From Candidatus Omnitrophota bacterium (GTDB taxonomy: Bacteria; Omnitrophota; Gorgyraeia; Gorgyraeales; Gorgyraeaceae): a DNA stretch of 64,000 nt. Position 1 is the stretch's first letter. Each line of letters starts with the position of its first letter. The notes beneath the pieces were generated by a model. The model searched no databases, had not been told where the DNA came from, and was given only the letters and a program-made list of their open reading frames with translations. Positions 46,924 through 56,155 of this stretch are shown piece after piece. The position numbers and the translations under genes are program-made. The stretch is taken from NCBI GenBank assembly GCA_018814825.1, contig JAHIYJ010000090.1:1321-65320 (forward strand), written 5' to 3'.

Positions 46924-48762
46924 ATGGAAGACACAGAGCTGATACAGGAACTTACTTCACAGGGGCTGCTTACTGCGGAACAGTTACAAAAAGCTGAGGC
47001 AGAGGCGACTAAGAGAAGGGTATCTCTTGCGCAGACAATCCTGGATTTGAAACTTGTCAGCAAAGAGGATTTTTATGGCATTATAGCGCAAGAGAAAGAG
47101 ATTATCTATGTAGATCTTGATACTTACCAGCCTGATGCAAACCTTAAAGAGTCTATTCCCGAAGAACTCTGCAGGGCCCATATTTTCTTCCCGATTTTTA
47201 AAATCAAGGAAACCTTAACCATAGCTACTCCAGATCCTCTGAATCTTATGATGTTGGACCAGATAGGTATGAAGATAAGCTTGCAGGTAGAGTGCGTTTA
47301 TAGCCCGGAACATGAGGTCTTAAGGGCAATAGATAGATATTACGGGAAGAAGGATTCTACCCAGGAATTGATTGAAAAGATGGGTGAGGTCTCTCTATCG
47401 CAATCAGGTACAGGCGTTTCTGCTGAAATAACAGCAGAATCGCCGATTGCCAAATTAGTAGATCTTATAATCACTCAGGCAGCCCGCGACCGCGCAAGTG
47501 ATGTTCATATTGAACCTGAAGTGGATTTCTTGCGTGTCCGTTTCCGTATTGATGGTATACTGCACGAGATCCCTTCTCCGCCGAAACACCTGGAATTAGC
47601 TATCATATCTCGGATAAAAGTCTTGTCTGGCATGGATATTGCTGAGAGCCGTGCCCCTCAAGACGGGCATTTTCAGATAGACGTAGACAATCGGGTGATT
47701 GATCTGCGTGTCTCAAGTTTTCCTACTGTAAATGGAGAGAATATAGTAATGCGTCTTTTAGACACAGGAGGTGTTCTTGCCGGGCTGGAGAAAATGGGTT
47801 TTGGTAAAGAGGCGTTAAGGAAATATGAGGAAGTTATTTTGAGTCCTTACGGGATAATTTTAAGCACCGGACCAACTGGCTCAGGTAAAACAACTACTTT
47901 ATATTCTGCTTTGATGCGGATCAACTCTGTAGATAGAAAGATTGTCACGATTGAAGATCCTGTAGAGTATCGTATTGGTCTGATTCGTCAGACGCAGGTA
48001 AATCCCAGAGCAGGACTTACCTTTGCCAATGGTTTGCGTTCTATCTTAAGGCAGGATCCGGATGTTATAATGGTTGGGGAAATCAGAGATTTGGAAACGG
48101 CAGTAATTGCTATACAGGCGGCTCTTACAGGGCATCTTGTTTTCTCTACTCTTCATACGAATGATGCGGCATCCTCCATTACCCGTTTAATCAATATGGG
48201 AGTAGAGCCTTTTCTTATCTCTGCTTCCTTGGCAGGTGTAATGGCGCAGCGTCTTATTCGTTTGATTTGTGAAGAATGCAAGGAGGCATACGAACCTTCC
48301 AAGTCCTTGGCGCAGAGATTAGGCTTGAGAAACAAAGGAAAGGTGCAATTCTTTAAGGGTAAAGGTTGCGGAAATTGCAAGGGTACAGGGTATAAAGGAC
48401 GCACCGGCATCTTTGAGCTCATGATCATGGATGATGAATTGAGAGAGATGGTTATTCAGGGTTCATCCGCACTCGCTATTAGAGAGAAGGCCTGCGAAAA
48501 AGGGATGAAACTTCTTCGCCAGGATGGTTTAGAAAAGGTGCTGGCAGGTTTAACTACCTGGGAAGAGGTTTCCAGGGTAACGGAAGAGAGATTGGATGTA
48601 AAGCCATCCATAGAGATATCGACGACACTAGAAAGAGTGGTGACAGTGCCGAAAGAGGAACCGCCGGTGTTCGAAACGACTAAGGCTGAAGTAAGAATAA
48701 AACCTGTAGAGGTCGAAGAATATCAGAAAAAGATCAGTAATTGGTTAGCCAGGAAGAAATGA
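46924..48762 (+). CDS. pilB: Assembly ATPase (PilB/MshE/GspE), second copy
   Basis: ASDVHIEP, GPTGSGKTT, LRQDPD, HLVFSTLHTN. Confidence 0.92.
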   Translation: MEDTELIQELTSQGLLTAEQLQKAEAEATKRRVSLAQTILDLKLVSKEDFYGIIAQEKEIIYVDLDTYQPDANLKESIPEELCRAHIFFPIFKIKETLTIATPDPLNLMMLDQIGMKISLQVECVYSPEHEVLRAIDRYYGKKDSTQELIEKMGEVSLSQSGTGVSAEITAESPIAKLVDLIITQAARDRASDVHIEPEVDFLRVRFRIDGILHEIPSPPKHLELAIISRIKVLSGMDIAESRAPQDGHFQIDVDNRVIDLRVSSFPTVNGENIVMRLLDTGGVLAGLEKMGFGKEALRKYEEVILSPYGIILSTGPTGSGKTTTLYSALMRINSVDRKIVTIEDPVEYRIGLIRQTQVNPRAGLTFANGLRSILRQDPDVIMVGEIRDLETAVIAIQAALTGHLVFSTLHTNDAASSITRLINMGVEPFLISASLAGVMAQRLIRLICEECKEAYEPSKSLAQRLGLRNKGKVQFFKGKGCGNCKGTGYKGRTGIFELMIMDDELREMVIQGSSALAIREKACEKGMKLLRQDGLEKVLAGLTTWEEVSRVTEERLDVKPSIEISTTLERVVTVPKEEPPVFETTKAEVRIKPVEVEEYQKKISNWLARKK

Positions 48763-48772
48763 GGTTCGCTGT

Positions 48773-49588
48773 ATGTATGAAAAATATTGGAAACTAGACG
48801 TTAAGCCTTTTAGCAATACCCCTGATCCTAGATTTCTTTACCTATCCAGCCAGCATGAAGATGTCATGATGAAGCTTAGTTATTGTATTGTGGAAAAGAT
48901 GGGTGCAGGGCTTTTGACTGGCGTATTTGGCTGCGGAAAGACGCTTCTGGGTAAGGCCATTTTAAAAGAGCTGGGGGAGGATAAATATAAGGCCGTCTTT
49001 ATTAATAATCCTCAGGTGACATACGTGGAACTGTTGCGGGCGATTGTGCGGAATTTGAAATCCAGTGCCTTGCCTTCTCGCGCTGATGAGCTGCTGGCCG
49101 ACCCGCTTTTAGAAACATTGCATAATATCTTATTGGATAACATGCGGGATGGCAAAGAAACCGTGATCATTATTGATGAGGCACATATTATTCAGGATGA
49201 AAGAATATTCGAGGAATTAAGGCTGTTGCTTAATTTCCAGCTAGAAGACCGGTTTTTGCTTACCCTTATACTTTCTGGCCAGCCAGAGCTTAAAAATAAG
49301 ATTGCAGATTTGAGGCAGTTTGAGCAACGGATTGCCATTTGTTGTCACTTGGATGCCTTGAGCGAAAAGGATACTCAGGAATATGTACTTCATCGGATAA
49401 AAATTGCTGGCGGGAAAAACAATATTTTTACCCTTGATGCAATAAAATTTATCCATGACCGCAGCGGAGGTATTCCCAGGCGCATAAATCGCATGTGCGA
49501 TCTGGCGCTTCTGACAGGTTTTGGCAAGAAGTTGACCAAGATCGATAAAGATGTGATAAAACAGGTTGGAGAAGATTTTGGAGTTTAA
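48773..49588 (+). CDS. ExeA/GspA/MshM-like AAA ATPase
   Basis: PFSNTPDPRF, GVFGCGKT, IIDEAH, GQPEL, GGIPRRIN. Confidence 0.9.
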   Translation: MYEKYWKLDVKPFSNTPDPRFLYLSSQHEDVMMKLSYCIVEKMGAGLLTGVFGCGKTLLGKAILKELGEDKYKAVFINNPQVTYVELLRAIVRNLKSSALPSRADELLADPLLETLHNILLDNMRDGKETVIIIDEAHIIQDERIFEELRLLLNFQLEDRFLLTLILSGQPELKNKIADLRQFEQRIAICCHLDALSEKDTQEYVLHRIKIAGGKNNIFTLDAIKFIHDRSGGIPRRINRMCDLALLTGFGKKLTKIDKDVIKQVGEDFGV

Positions 49589-49590
49589 AG

Positions 49591-50814
49591 ATGCCCACAT
49601 ATAAGTATAAAGCGCAGAACATGGAAGGTAAAATAGTCACAGGATCCATTGTTGCCCCTCGCGAGACAGTAGTAACTGCACGTCTGGATAAACAAGGTTA
49701 TTTACCTCTCTCTATCACCTTAGAGAAGGAACTCATCATTGACTTTAAAGCTTTCTTTAAGCCGCGAGAAAAGGTAAAGATGCGAGATCTAGTTACCTTT
49801 ACGCGGCAATTCGCTACTATTGTTAAAGCAGGCGTACCCATACTTACAGGTTTAAAAGCACTTTCCGAGCAGTCAGAGACCCCTGTATTTGCAAAGGTTT
49901 TAAAGAATATTGGGCAGGATATTGAAGGAGGCTCAAGCCTGTCTCAGGCAATTGATAAGCACCCTAATATATTTTCAGAGCTTTATGTAAACTCTGTGGT
50001 TGCTGGTGAGGCTGGGGGTGTTCTGGACAAGGTGTTATTGCGTTTGGCTGAGATGATGGAGCGTGATATGGAAACCGCTACTGATGTCAAAACTGCTATG
50101 CGTTATCCCGTATTGACAGTTTTTGCAATGATTATCGCTTCTTTTGTTTTGGTGATTTTTGTTGTTCCAAATTTCTCATCAATGTATGCGCGTTTCGAAA
50201 CACAACTCCCGCTTCCCACAAGGATTCTAATTGCCGCTAATTATTTTATCACTCGTCTCTGGTATATAGGCATCCCTTCATTGATAGCTGCCGGGTATGG
50301 TTTCTACCGTTTTATCAATACAAAGATCGGAAGATGGCAATTCGATAGCCTCAAGTTAAAGTTGCCGGTCTTTGGCAAGCTTTTTACCAAGGTAGCTATG
50401 CTGAGGTTTGCTACTATGCTCAATGTATTGAATGAAAGCGGCCTTCCTATATTAAGGACATTAGAGATAGTCTCTATTACCATTGGCAATGTTGTTATCG
50501 GAAAAGAGGTTGAAAACATGCGCCAGAGTGTGGCTGACGGGAGAGGTATCTCTGGCTCTATGATGAAAAGTAAGATATTTCCTCCTCTTATGGGGCACAT
50601 GGTTGCCATCGGAGAGAAGACAGGGGCGCTTTTAGATATGCTAAATGCCATTTCAGAATACTATGATTTAGAGATCAAATCAACGGTCAAGAATCTTACC
50701 ACTCTGATTGAGCCGATGATGACCGCCATACTGGGTATGGTTGTCCTGGGCATGGCCCTGGCCATATTTTTACCGCTCTGGAATATGATTAAATTATTCA
50801 GAGGGGCGGCTTAA
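49591..50814 (+). CDS. pilC: Platform protein (PilC/MshG/GspF), second copy
   Basis: FTRQFAT, GEAGGVLD, MRYP, GEKTG, IEP...FLPLW. Confidence 0.92.
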   Translation: MPTYKYKAQNMEGKIVTGSIVAPRETVVTARLDKQGYLPLSITLEKELIIDFKAFFKPREKVKMRDLVTFTRQFATIVKAGVPILTGLKALSEQSETPVFAKVLKNIGQDIEGGSSLSQAIDKHPNIFSELYVNSVVAGEAGGVLDKVLLRLAEMMERDMETATDVKTAMRYPVLTVFAMIIASFVLVIFVVPNFSSMYARFETQLPLPTRILIAANYFITRLWYIGIPSLIAAGYGFYRFINTKIGRWQFDSLKLKLPVFGKLFTKVAMLRFATMLNVLNESGLPILRTLEIVSITIGNVVIGKEVENMRQSVADGRGISGSMMKSKIFPPLMGHMVAIGEKTGALLDMLNAISEYYDLEIKSTVKNLTTLIEPMMTAILGMVVLGMALAIFLPLWNMIKLFRGAA

Positions 50815-50840
50815 TTTAATGAGCCATGTGAAGAAAGATA

Positions 50841-53024
50841 ATGACGATATGCAGAGGATGTAAAAGCGAGATAGATGAAAAAGAATTTTTTTGCAGTCTT
50901 TGCAATGAAAGGATTCAAAGAGATTTAGGTGAGGCAAAGGGATATTTAGGGCAGTATGATTTTAAAAAGGCCCTGGATAAATTAGGTCAAGTTTTAGCAG
51001 TCGATAAAGAAAATGCTGTTGCCAGGACCCTGAAAGAAGAGATAGAGAGTAAGCTTAAGGCTATACAGGAGAACAAGATTCAAGTAGATAGATGTTTTAA
51101 AAAGGGCCTCTATAAGGAGGCCATTTTTTATTTGGAAGAGATCTTAAAGATTATGCCTCTGGATGAAAACCTTAGATTACAAAAACAGATGTCGGAGGTT
51201 TTAAGCTTTGCTGAATCGCAGCATTCTATCCACGAACCCAGGCGTAGATCCAGATTGCCGGACTGGGCAAAGGCGAATCATTACATGCACTCCGGATGGT
51301 TGTTGCTGGTGATGGCCTTGATTGTAATTTCTATCATGGGGTTTTTTGGTGACCTTGTTTACAGAAACCACGTAAAGAAGACAAATGCTCAGGACCTTTA
51401 TCAGATCCTGCGCCAGAAGATTGCCAATAGGGAGTATTATGGCAATGGTTTTATGGATGATTACAGCAGGCTGATAAAGGATTATAGCAAGACTAAGTAT
51501 GCCCGGAAGATAAAGGAGGAATTTTTAGATGCATCGCGTCAGATAATTCAGGGATATATAGACAAAGGAAATGAATATTTTAATCAAGGCAGGTACCGCG
51601 AGGCATTAGAGACTTATTCAAAGATCCTGGAAATAGAGCCTTTTTCCAGAGAGGCGTTTTCTTTAATTCAGGAGGCAAAAGAAAAAATTACCCTGAAAAA
51701 GTTACCGTCTTTTAGGCCAAAGATAAGATTGGATCAAGCCCGTTCTTCGCGTACTACCGCTGAAGATAAACCAGTGTCTCCTCAAGAAACACCTTTGGCT
51801 GAAACAGATGCTGCCAAAAGGCATATACTAAAAGGCCAGATTTATTTTGAAGAGGCGAGATATAATGATGCCATAGATGAATGGAACAAGGCAAAGGACT
51901 TAATGCCCCCTGAAGATAATGCAAAAATACAGGCCTTTATTGACAAGGCAGAGGAGTTTTCTTTAAGAAAAGAAGAGAATTATAATGCCCTAATCAAACA
52001 GGGGCATAAATTTATGGAGGCAGAAGATTGGGAAGAAGCGCTGCCTGTCTTTAAAACGGCGCTTAAGATTAAGCAGAATGATCCAGATGTCTTGCAGAAA
52101 ATAAACATAATTAAATCAAGATTAACGCCTGCCAAAACATCCGATGTAATCATAAAGAAGGCGCCTTCTGTGAATGTAGAAGAGAAAAATTTCATTTTTA
52201 AAATAATAGAGTCTTTAAAAGAAAAATATCAGCAGAAAAAACAGCATAGGGCCCGTTCCTATTATAATAGGGCATTAGAGGAGGAAAAAAGAGGGAGATT
52301 GCTCAAAGCGAATTATTATTATGATAAGTCAAGCCAGTATAAATTTAACCCACTGATTATTAAACAGATAAAGATAAACCGCATGATTGAGGCATTACGA
52401 AGACAGGAGGCGCTCTACCCCAAGGACCCTATTGTAAAAATTTCTCTGGGGAACCTTTATTATGCTAAGGGCTGGCTGGATAAAGCAGAGAGTATATGGG
52501 ACAGTATCCTTTTTGCGCATCCAGATGCATCGTCATTAGACCCGCTGATTCTTGGCCTGAAGGCAAAGATTTATGAAAAGAGAGGCCAGTTTATTGAAGC
52601 CAAAAGTAGGTATGAAGAATCTCTGGACAAGGCCGAGATATTCTATATAAGAAATAGTCTGGCAAAGATGCTTTACGAAGAAGGTTTTTATGATGAGGCA
52701 ATTGGATGTTGGAGGAAAATACTTGAGTCTAATCCATTTCAGCTCGATGTGATAAATTCTTTAGCAGAGGCCTATATTATTTTTGGCAGATTTGAAGAAG
52801 CCAGACTCTTGTTAAAACCCATCCCTCAATTAAGCCCTTTTGAATTAAGAAAGAGGCAGATCTATCCACTAGAGGTTGATCCTGAATATTTTGTGGGCAT
52901 TGTTCAAGAAAAGGATTATTTTTCCCGAAATACGTTTTTACTTAGCCAGTTCTATTCCTCTTTAGGAGATATAGCTGAGGAAATTCATTGGAATATCATT
53001 TCCGTGCAGATACAAGGGCAGTAA
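50841..53024 (+). CDS. Large TPR membrane protein with N-terminal zinc ribbon
   Basis: CRGC...CSLC, one TM, many TPRs on both sides. Confidence 0.8.
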   Translation: MTICRGCKSEIDEKEFFCSLCNERIQRDLGEAKGYLGQYDFKKALDKLGQVLAVDKENAVARTLKEEIESKLKAIQENKIQVDRCFKKGLYKEAIFYLEEILKIMPLDENLRLQKQMSEVLSFAESQHSIHEPRRRSRLPDWAKANHYMHSGWLLLVMALIVISIMGFFGDLVYRNHVKKTNAQDLYQILRQKIANREYYGNGFMDDYSRLIKDYSKTKYARKIKEEFLDASRQIIQGYIDKGNEYFNQGRYREALETYSKILEIEPFSREAFSLIQEAKEKITLKKLPSFRPKIRLDQARSSRTTAEDKPVSPQETPLAETDAAKRHILKGQIYFEEARYNDAIDEWNKAKDLMPPEDNAKIQAFIDKAEEFSLRKEENYNALIKQGHKFMEAEDWEEALPVFKTALKIKQNDPDVLQKINIIKSRLTPAKTSDVIIKKAPSVNVEEKNFIFKIIESLKEKYQQKKQHRARSYYNRALEEEKRGRLLKANYYYDKSSQYKFNPLIIKQIKINRMIEALRRQEALYPKDPIVKISLGNLYYAKGWLDKAESIWDSILFAHPDASSLDPLILGLKAKIYEKRGQFIEAKSRYEESLDKAEIFYIRNSLAKMLYEEGFYDEAIGCWRKILESNPFQLDVINSLAEAYIIFGRFEEARLLLKPIPQLSPFELRKRQIYPLEVDPEYFVGIVQEKDYFSRNTFLLSQFYSSLGDIAEEIHWNIISVQIQGQ

Positions 53025-53098
53025 AGTTTATTTTTCATGTTGGAAGAATTGATGATTTGGAGTATTTTTTAAATGTTATTAAAAATTTTTTAAATTAG

Positions 53099-53127
53099 TT
53101 GAAAATCAAGAATTAGTATGTTAAAAT
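53099..53127 (+). promoter_or_regulatory. sigma70-type promoter
   Basis: TTGAAA-17 nt-TAAAAT with extended -10 TG. Confidence 0.55.
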
Positions 53128-53186
53128 ATATAATGTATAATTTAACCCATGTAGGTAGTTAAATAATCAATAATCTGGAGGTAATC

Positions 53187-54161
53187 ATGAACGAGAAAAG
53201 AAAATCCGTCCGTTTAAATCTTCCGACAAAAGTAGAGAGCAGATTATTAAAGGAAAACTCGATAACTGCTTCTAGTTGCTTAGGCACGGATATTAGCGCG
53301 GGAGGGATGCGCCTACGTGTCAAAAGGAGAATCGAGGCCCTGTCTCCTTTAGGGCTAAGAGTTTATCTACCTGATGAATGGCAGCCTATTTTAGTCGAAG
53401 GAGAAATTGCCTGGTTCAGGGCAATAGCCGACAGAGAGGAAGGGGATCTGCAGGGGGATTATGAGGCAGGTGTGAGGTTTTCTGAAATAAGCGGCTTCGA
53501 TAGATCTCGTATAGTAAGGTTAGTAACTATGGAAATGGAAAGACAAAGGTCTTGTGACACCAGTCCTTTGAGTAGGATTACCAGGGTAGAATTGGAGGAT
53601 AAAGAAGAGATGCTGTTGCTTGTGAAAAAAGGTATTGGAACCATAGAGCAGGGATTAAGGATAATAGATGAAAAAATAAATCTGAAAGAAGGAGGTATGC
53701 TAGATCTATTAGGCCTGGATTCGAGCGGTCAGTTGGTCATTATTAAATTAACGATTGAAGAAAACGAATCTATGCTTATCGAAGCACTGAAACACTATGA
53801 TTGGATCTTACGTAATGTATCTTTGCTAGGGCGCATTTACCGCGAAGACATTGATTTTAAACAAAATCCAAAGATAATTCTTATCGGGCCGTTATTTTCT
53901 GAGTTCTTTAAACGCCAGATTTCATACATTAAGCCGCTAAAGATAGAAGTTTTTGACTATTATTGTCTCAGTATTGACGGGCAAAAGGCCTTATTTTTTG
54001 AAAACAAAGAAACTAAAAGAGAAAGCTTTAATAGACAGGAATGGGCAGAGGACTTGTCTTTTACAGATGAACAACGATCTGTTTCGCTGGACTCAGAAGA
54101 GATTGCTGGTATAGATGAACAGCACAAAAAGATTGTGCGATGGCTTTGGAAAAGAAGGTGA
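53187..54161 (+). CDS. PilZ domain fused to NucS/DUF91-like PD-(D/E)xK-fold domain
   Basis: RKSVR + DISAGG; IEQGLRII...GGMLDLLGLDSSGQLVIIKL...ALKHYDW. Confidence 0.7.
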   Translation: MNEKRKSVRLNLPTKVESRLLKENSITASSCLGTDISAGGMRLRVKRRIEALSPLGLRVYLPDEWQPILVEGEIAWFRAIADREEGDLQGDYEAGVRFSEISGFDRSRIVRLVTMEMERQRSCDTSPLSRITRVELEDKEEMLLLVKKGIGTIEQGLRIIDEKINLKEGGMLDLLGLDSSGQLVIIKLTIEENESMLIEALKHYDWILRNVSLLGRIYREDIDFKQNPKIILIGPLFSEFFKRQISYIKPLKIEVFDYYCLSIDGQKALFFENKETKRESFNRQEWAEDLSFTDEQRSVSLDSEEIAGIDEQHKKIVRWLWKRR

Positions 54162-55921
54162 AGATAAAGGCGTTTCATCTAGCCATAGGCTTTATTTTTA
54201 TTGGCTTGAGTACTATTTTTTCTTTAAGCGGCATAAGCAGTATGCCCCGACAGTGGGAATCCAAAGCCCTGAGCTTATTGGCCAGCATTAATCCTGGGAC
54301 AAGATCTCAATCTGATATTGTGACCGTAGAAACAGATAAGTATTTTTTTCAGAAATATAACAATTTCCCTGGTGACAAAAAATTAATTCAACTTATAGAC
54401 TTACTTTTAAGGCAAGGCGTGTATTCGATTGGAATAACGACTATGCCAAGCAGAGAGAGACCTTTACTATTTCATGGCGGGTTAGAGAACCGTGTCTTTT
54501 ACTCAATTTTATTTAGAAAAATTGGTATCTTAGAGAAAAAAAAGGGTATATTTTTAGCCAAAGAAGTAAGGAGGCCTTCTCCTGCGCAGAGCTTTAAAAT
54601 AACAGAAAATATCGGCCATATAAATTATAAAGCCGAAGGTCCTCTTATAAGTTTTCCGCCAATAGTCAGTTATAAAAAGAACGATTATTTTGCATTGCCT
54701 GTAGTTTTAGCGGCTGACTATTTACATACCAGACCTTCTAATATTAAAATTCCCGTGGACAGCAAATCTGGCGCAGCATTTGTCAATATCCAGAAAAGGA
54801 GATTCGATAATTATTTGTATAAAGAAATAGAACAATCGGACTCGTTAAATCTAAAAGGTAAGATTTGCCTGATCGGTTTATCGGGAGTTGTGCAGGCACA
54901 GGCCAATTCTTTAAGTTCTATTCTTGCGGGGGATATTATCCGTTTTTGTCCTGAAGGCGTAGCTGTATCAATAAGCCTGATCTTAGGTTTGACCCTAAAT
55001 ACCCTTTTATTAAGGGTTAGACTTGTAAGATTTATCTTATTCGATCTCGGACTTTTGGTATTTTATATTTTAGTAGTTAGCCTATTGTTTATCTCCATGC
55101 ATATCTATTTCTATACGCTGGGGCCTGTGATGATTTGCCTTGGCTTTCTGCTGATCTCAGGCATAGATTGTTTGCTTAAGACAAAGAAACTGCATGGGAT
55201 TTTAAAGCCTAACTGCAAGGTAAAGATAATGTCACAGACTTTGCCACAGATTAAAGGTTTTGGTATTGGGTTTATGTATTGTCTATCCGGAGCTGATGCG
55301 CAGAAGGGTTTATGTGAGTTCGCAGTACTGTCGGATAATTGCACGGGCCTATTGATAGGAGACGTCCCTAAAAACGGGAGAGAAGCAGATATGTATAAAA
55401 AGAAATTAAGAACCGTTTTTAAGAATCAGGCCTCTCCTGATTTGGAAGCAAATCAAACTTTAGCAATAATAAATGATTTCTTGATTAAAGAGAATAAAAA
55501 GTTGTTTGCCAGCGTGGTCTATTTAATTTTAGAATCTGAAACAAAATCAGTTAGATTTTCTAATGCTGGAAGTAACCCCATAATTATATTCCGCTCTAAA
55601 CATAAGATTTTTGAGATTTTTTCTCAGGATGATATAACACCTTTAGGGGTAGTGAAGGGGGCTATCTTTCCTGAAGGATGTATTCAGCTTGAAGAAGAAG
55701 ATATAATTCTGTTATGTAATAATGGAGTAATAAAGGCAAGAAATAAACAGGAGAGGCTATTTGGCGTGGAAGGGCTGAAGGAATCTTTTGGAGCAGATGA
55801 TAAGGCCCTTTCTGCCCAAGAGCTGGCAAGAAAGGTCTTTGAGCAAATATGTAGCTTTAGTAAAGACAAGATTCTGGAAGGTGATTTACTACTTGTAACA
55901 ATAAAACCATTCAAGTCATGA
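54140..55921 (+). CDS. CHASE2-like sensor + TM + degenerate PP2C/SpoIIE phosphatase domain
   Basis: IGHIN, LKGKICLIG; IGDV, FSNAG, PLGV, ILLCNNGV, RLFG. Confidence 0.7.
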   Translation: MALEKKVKIKAFHLAIGFIFIGLSTIFSLSGISSMPRQWESKALSLLASINPGTRSQSDIVTVETDKYFFQKYNNFPGDKKLIQLIDLLLRQGVYSIGITTMPSRERPLLFHGGLENRVFYSILFRKIGILEKKKGIFLAKEVRRPSPAQSFKITENIGHINYKAEGPLISFPPIVSYKKNDYFALPVVLAADYLHTRPSNIKIPVDSKSGAAFVNIQKRRFDNYLYKEIEQSDSLNLKGKICLIGLSGVVQAQANSLSSILAGDIIRFCPEGVAVSISLILGLTLNTLLLRVRLVRFILFDLGLLVFYILVVSLLFISMHIYFYTLGPVMICLGFLLISGIDCLLKTKKLHGILKPNCKVKIMSQTLPQIKGFGIGFMYCLSGADAQKGLCEFAVLSDNCTGLLIGDVPKNGREADMYKKKLRTVFKNQASPDLEANQTLAIINDFLIKENKKLFASVVYLILESETKSVRFSNAGSNPIIIFRSKHKIFEIFSQDDITPLGVVKGAIFPEGCIQLEEEDIILLCNNGVIKARNKQERLFGVEGLKESFGADDKALSAQELARKVFEQICSFSKDKILEGDLLLVTIKPFKS

Positions 55922-55965
55922 TGCCCCTTTTTATGTCCTCCTATACTGTCTGTAATTAACTTAGT

Positions 55966-55982
55966 AGCATTATTCGTGCCAA
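55966..55982 (-). promoter_or_regulatory. Reverse-oriented sigma54 (-24/-12) site upstream of rpoN
   Basis: Minus strand TTGGCACGAATAATGCT, GG-N10-GC. Confidence 0.7.
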
Positions 55983-56006
55983 GAACTATTTTAGTTGTAA
56001 AAAAGC

Positions 56007-56034
56007 TTTACAAAAGCCTGTAACATGTTATAAT
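56007..56034 (+). promoter_or_regulatory. sigma70-type promoter of rpoN
   Basis: TTTACA-16 nt-TATAAT with extended -10 TG. Confidence 0.55.
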
Positions 56035-56155
56035 ATCTTTACATTAAAATTTATAAAAAACCTTAAAAATTACCTGAAATAATTATTTATCATTCAAAAA
56101 TTGTTACTTTAAATAGACACTTTTAGGTAAAGTGTCGAGATTTTTGAACACTCAT

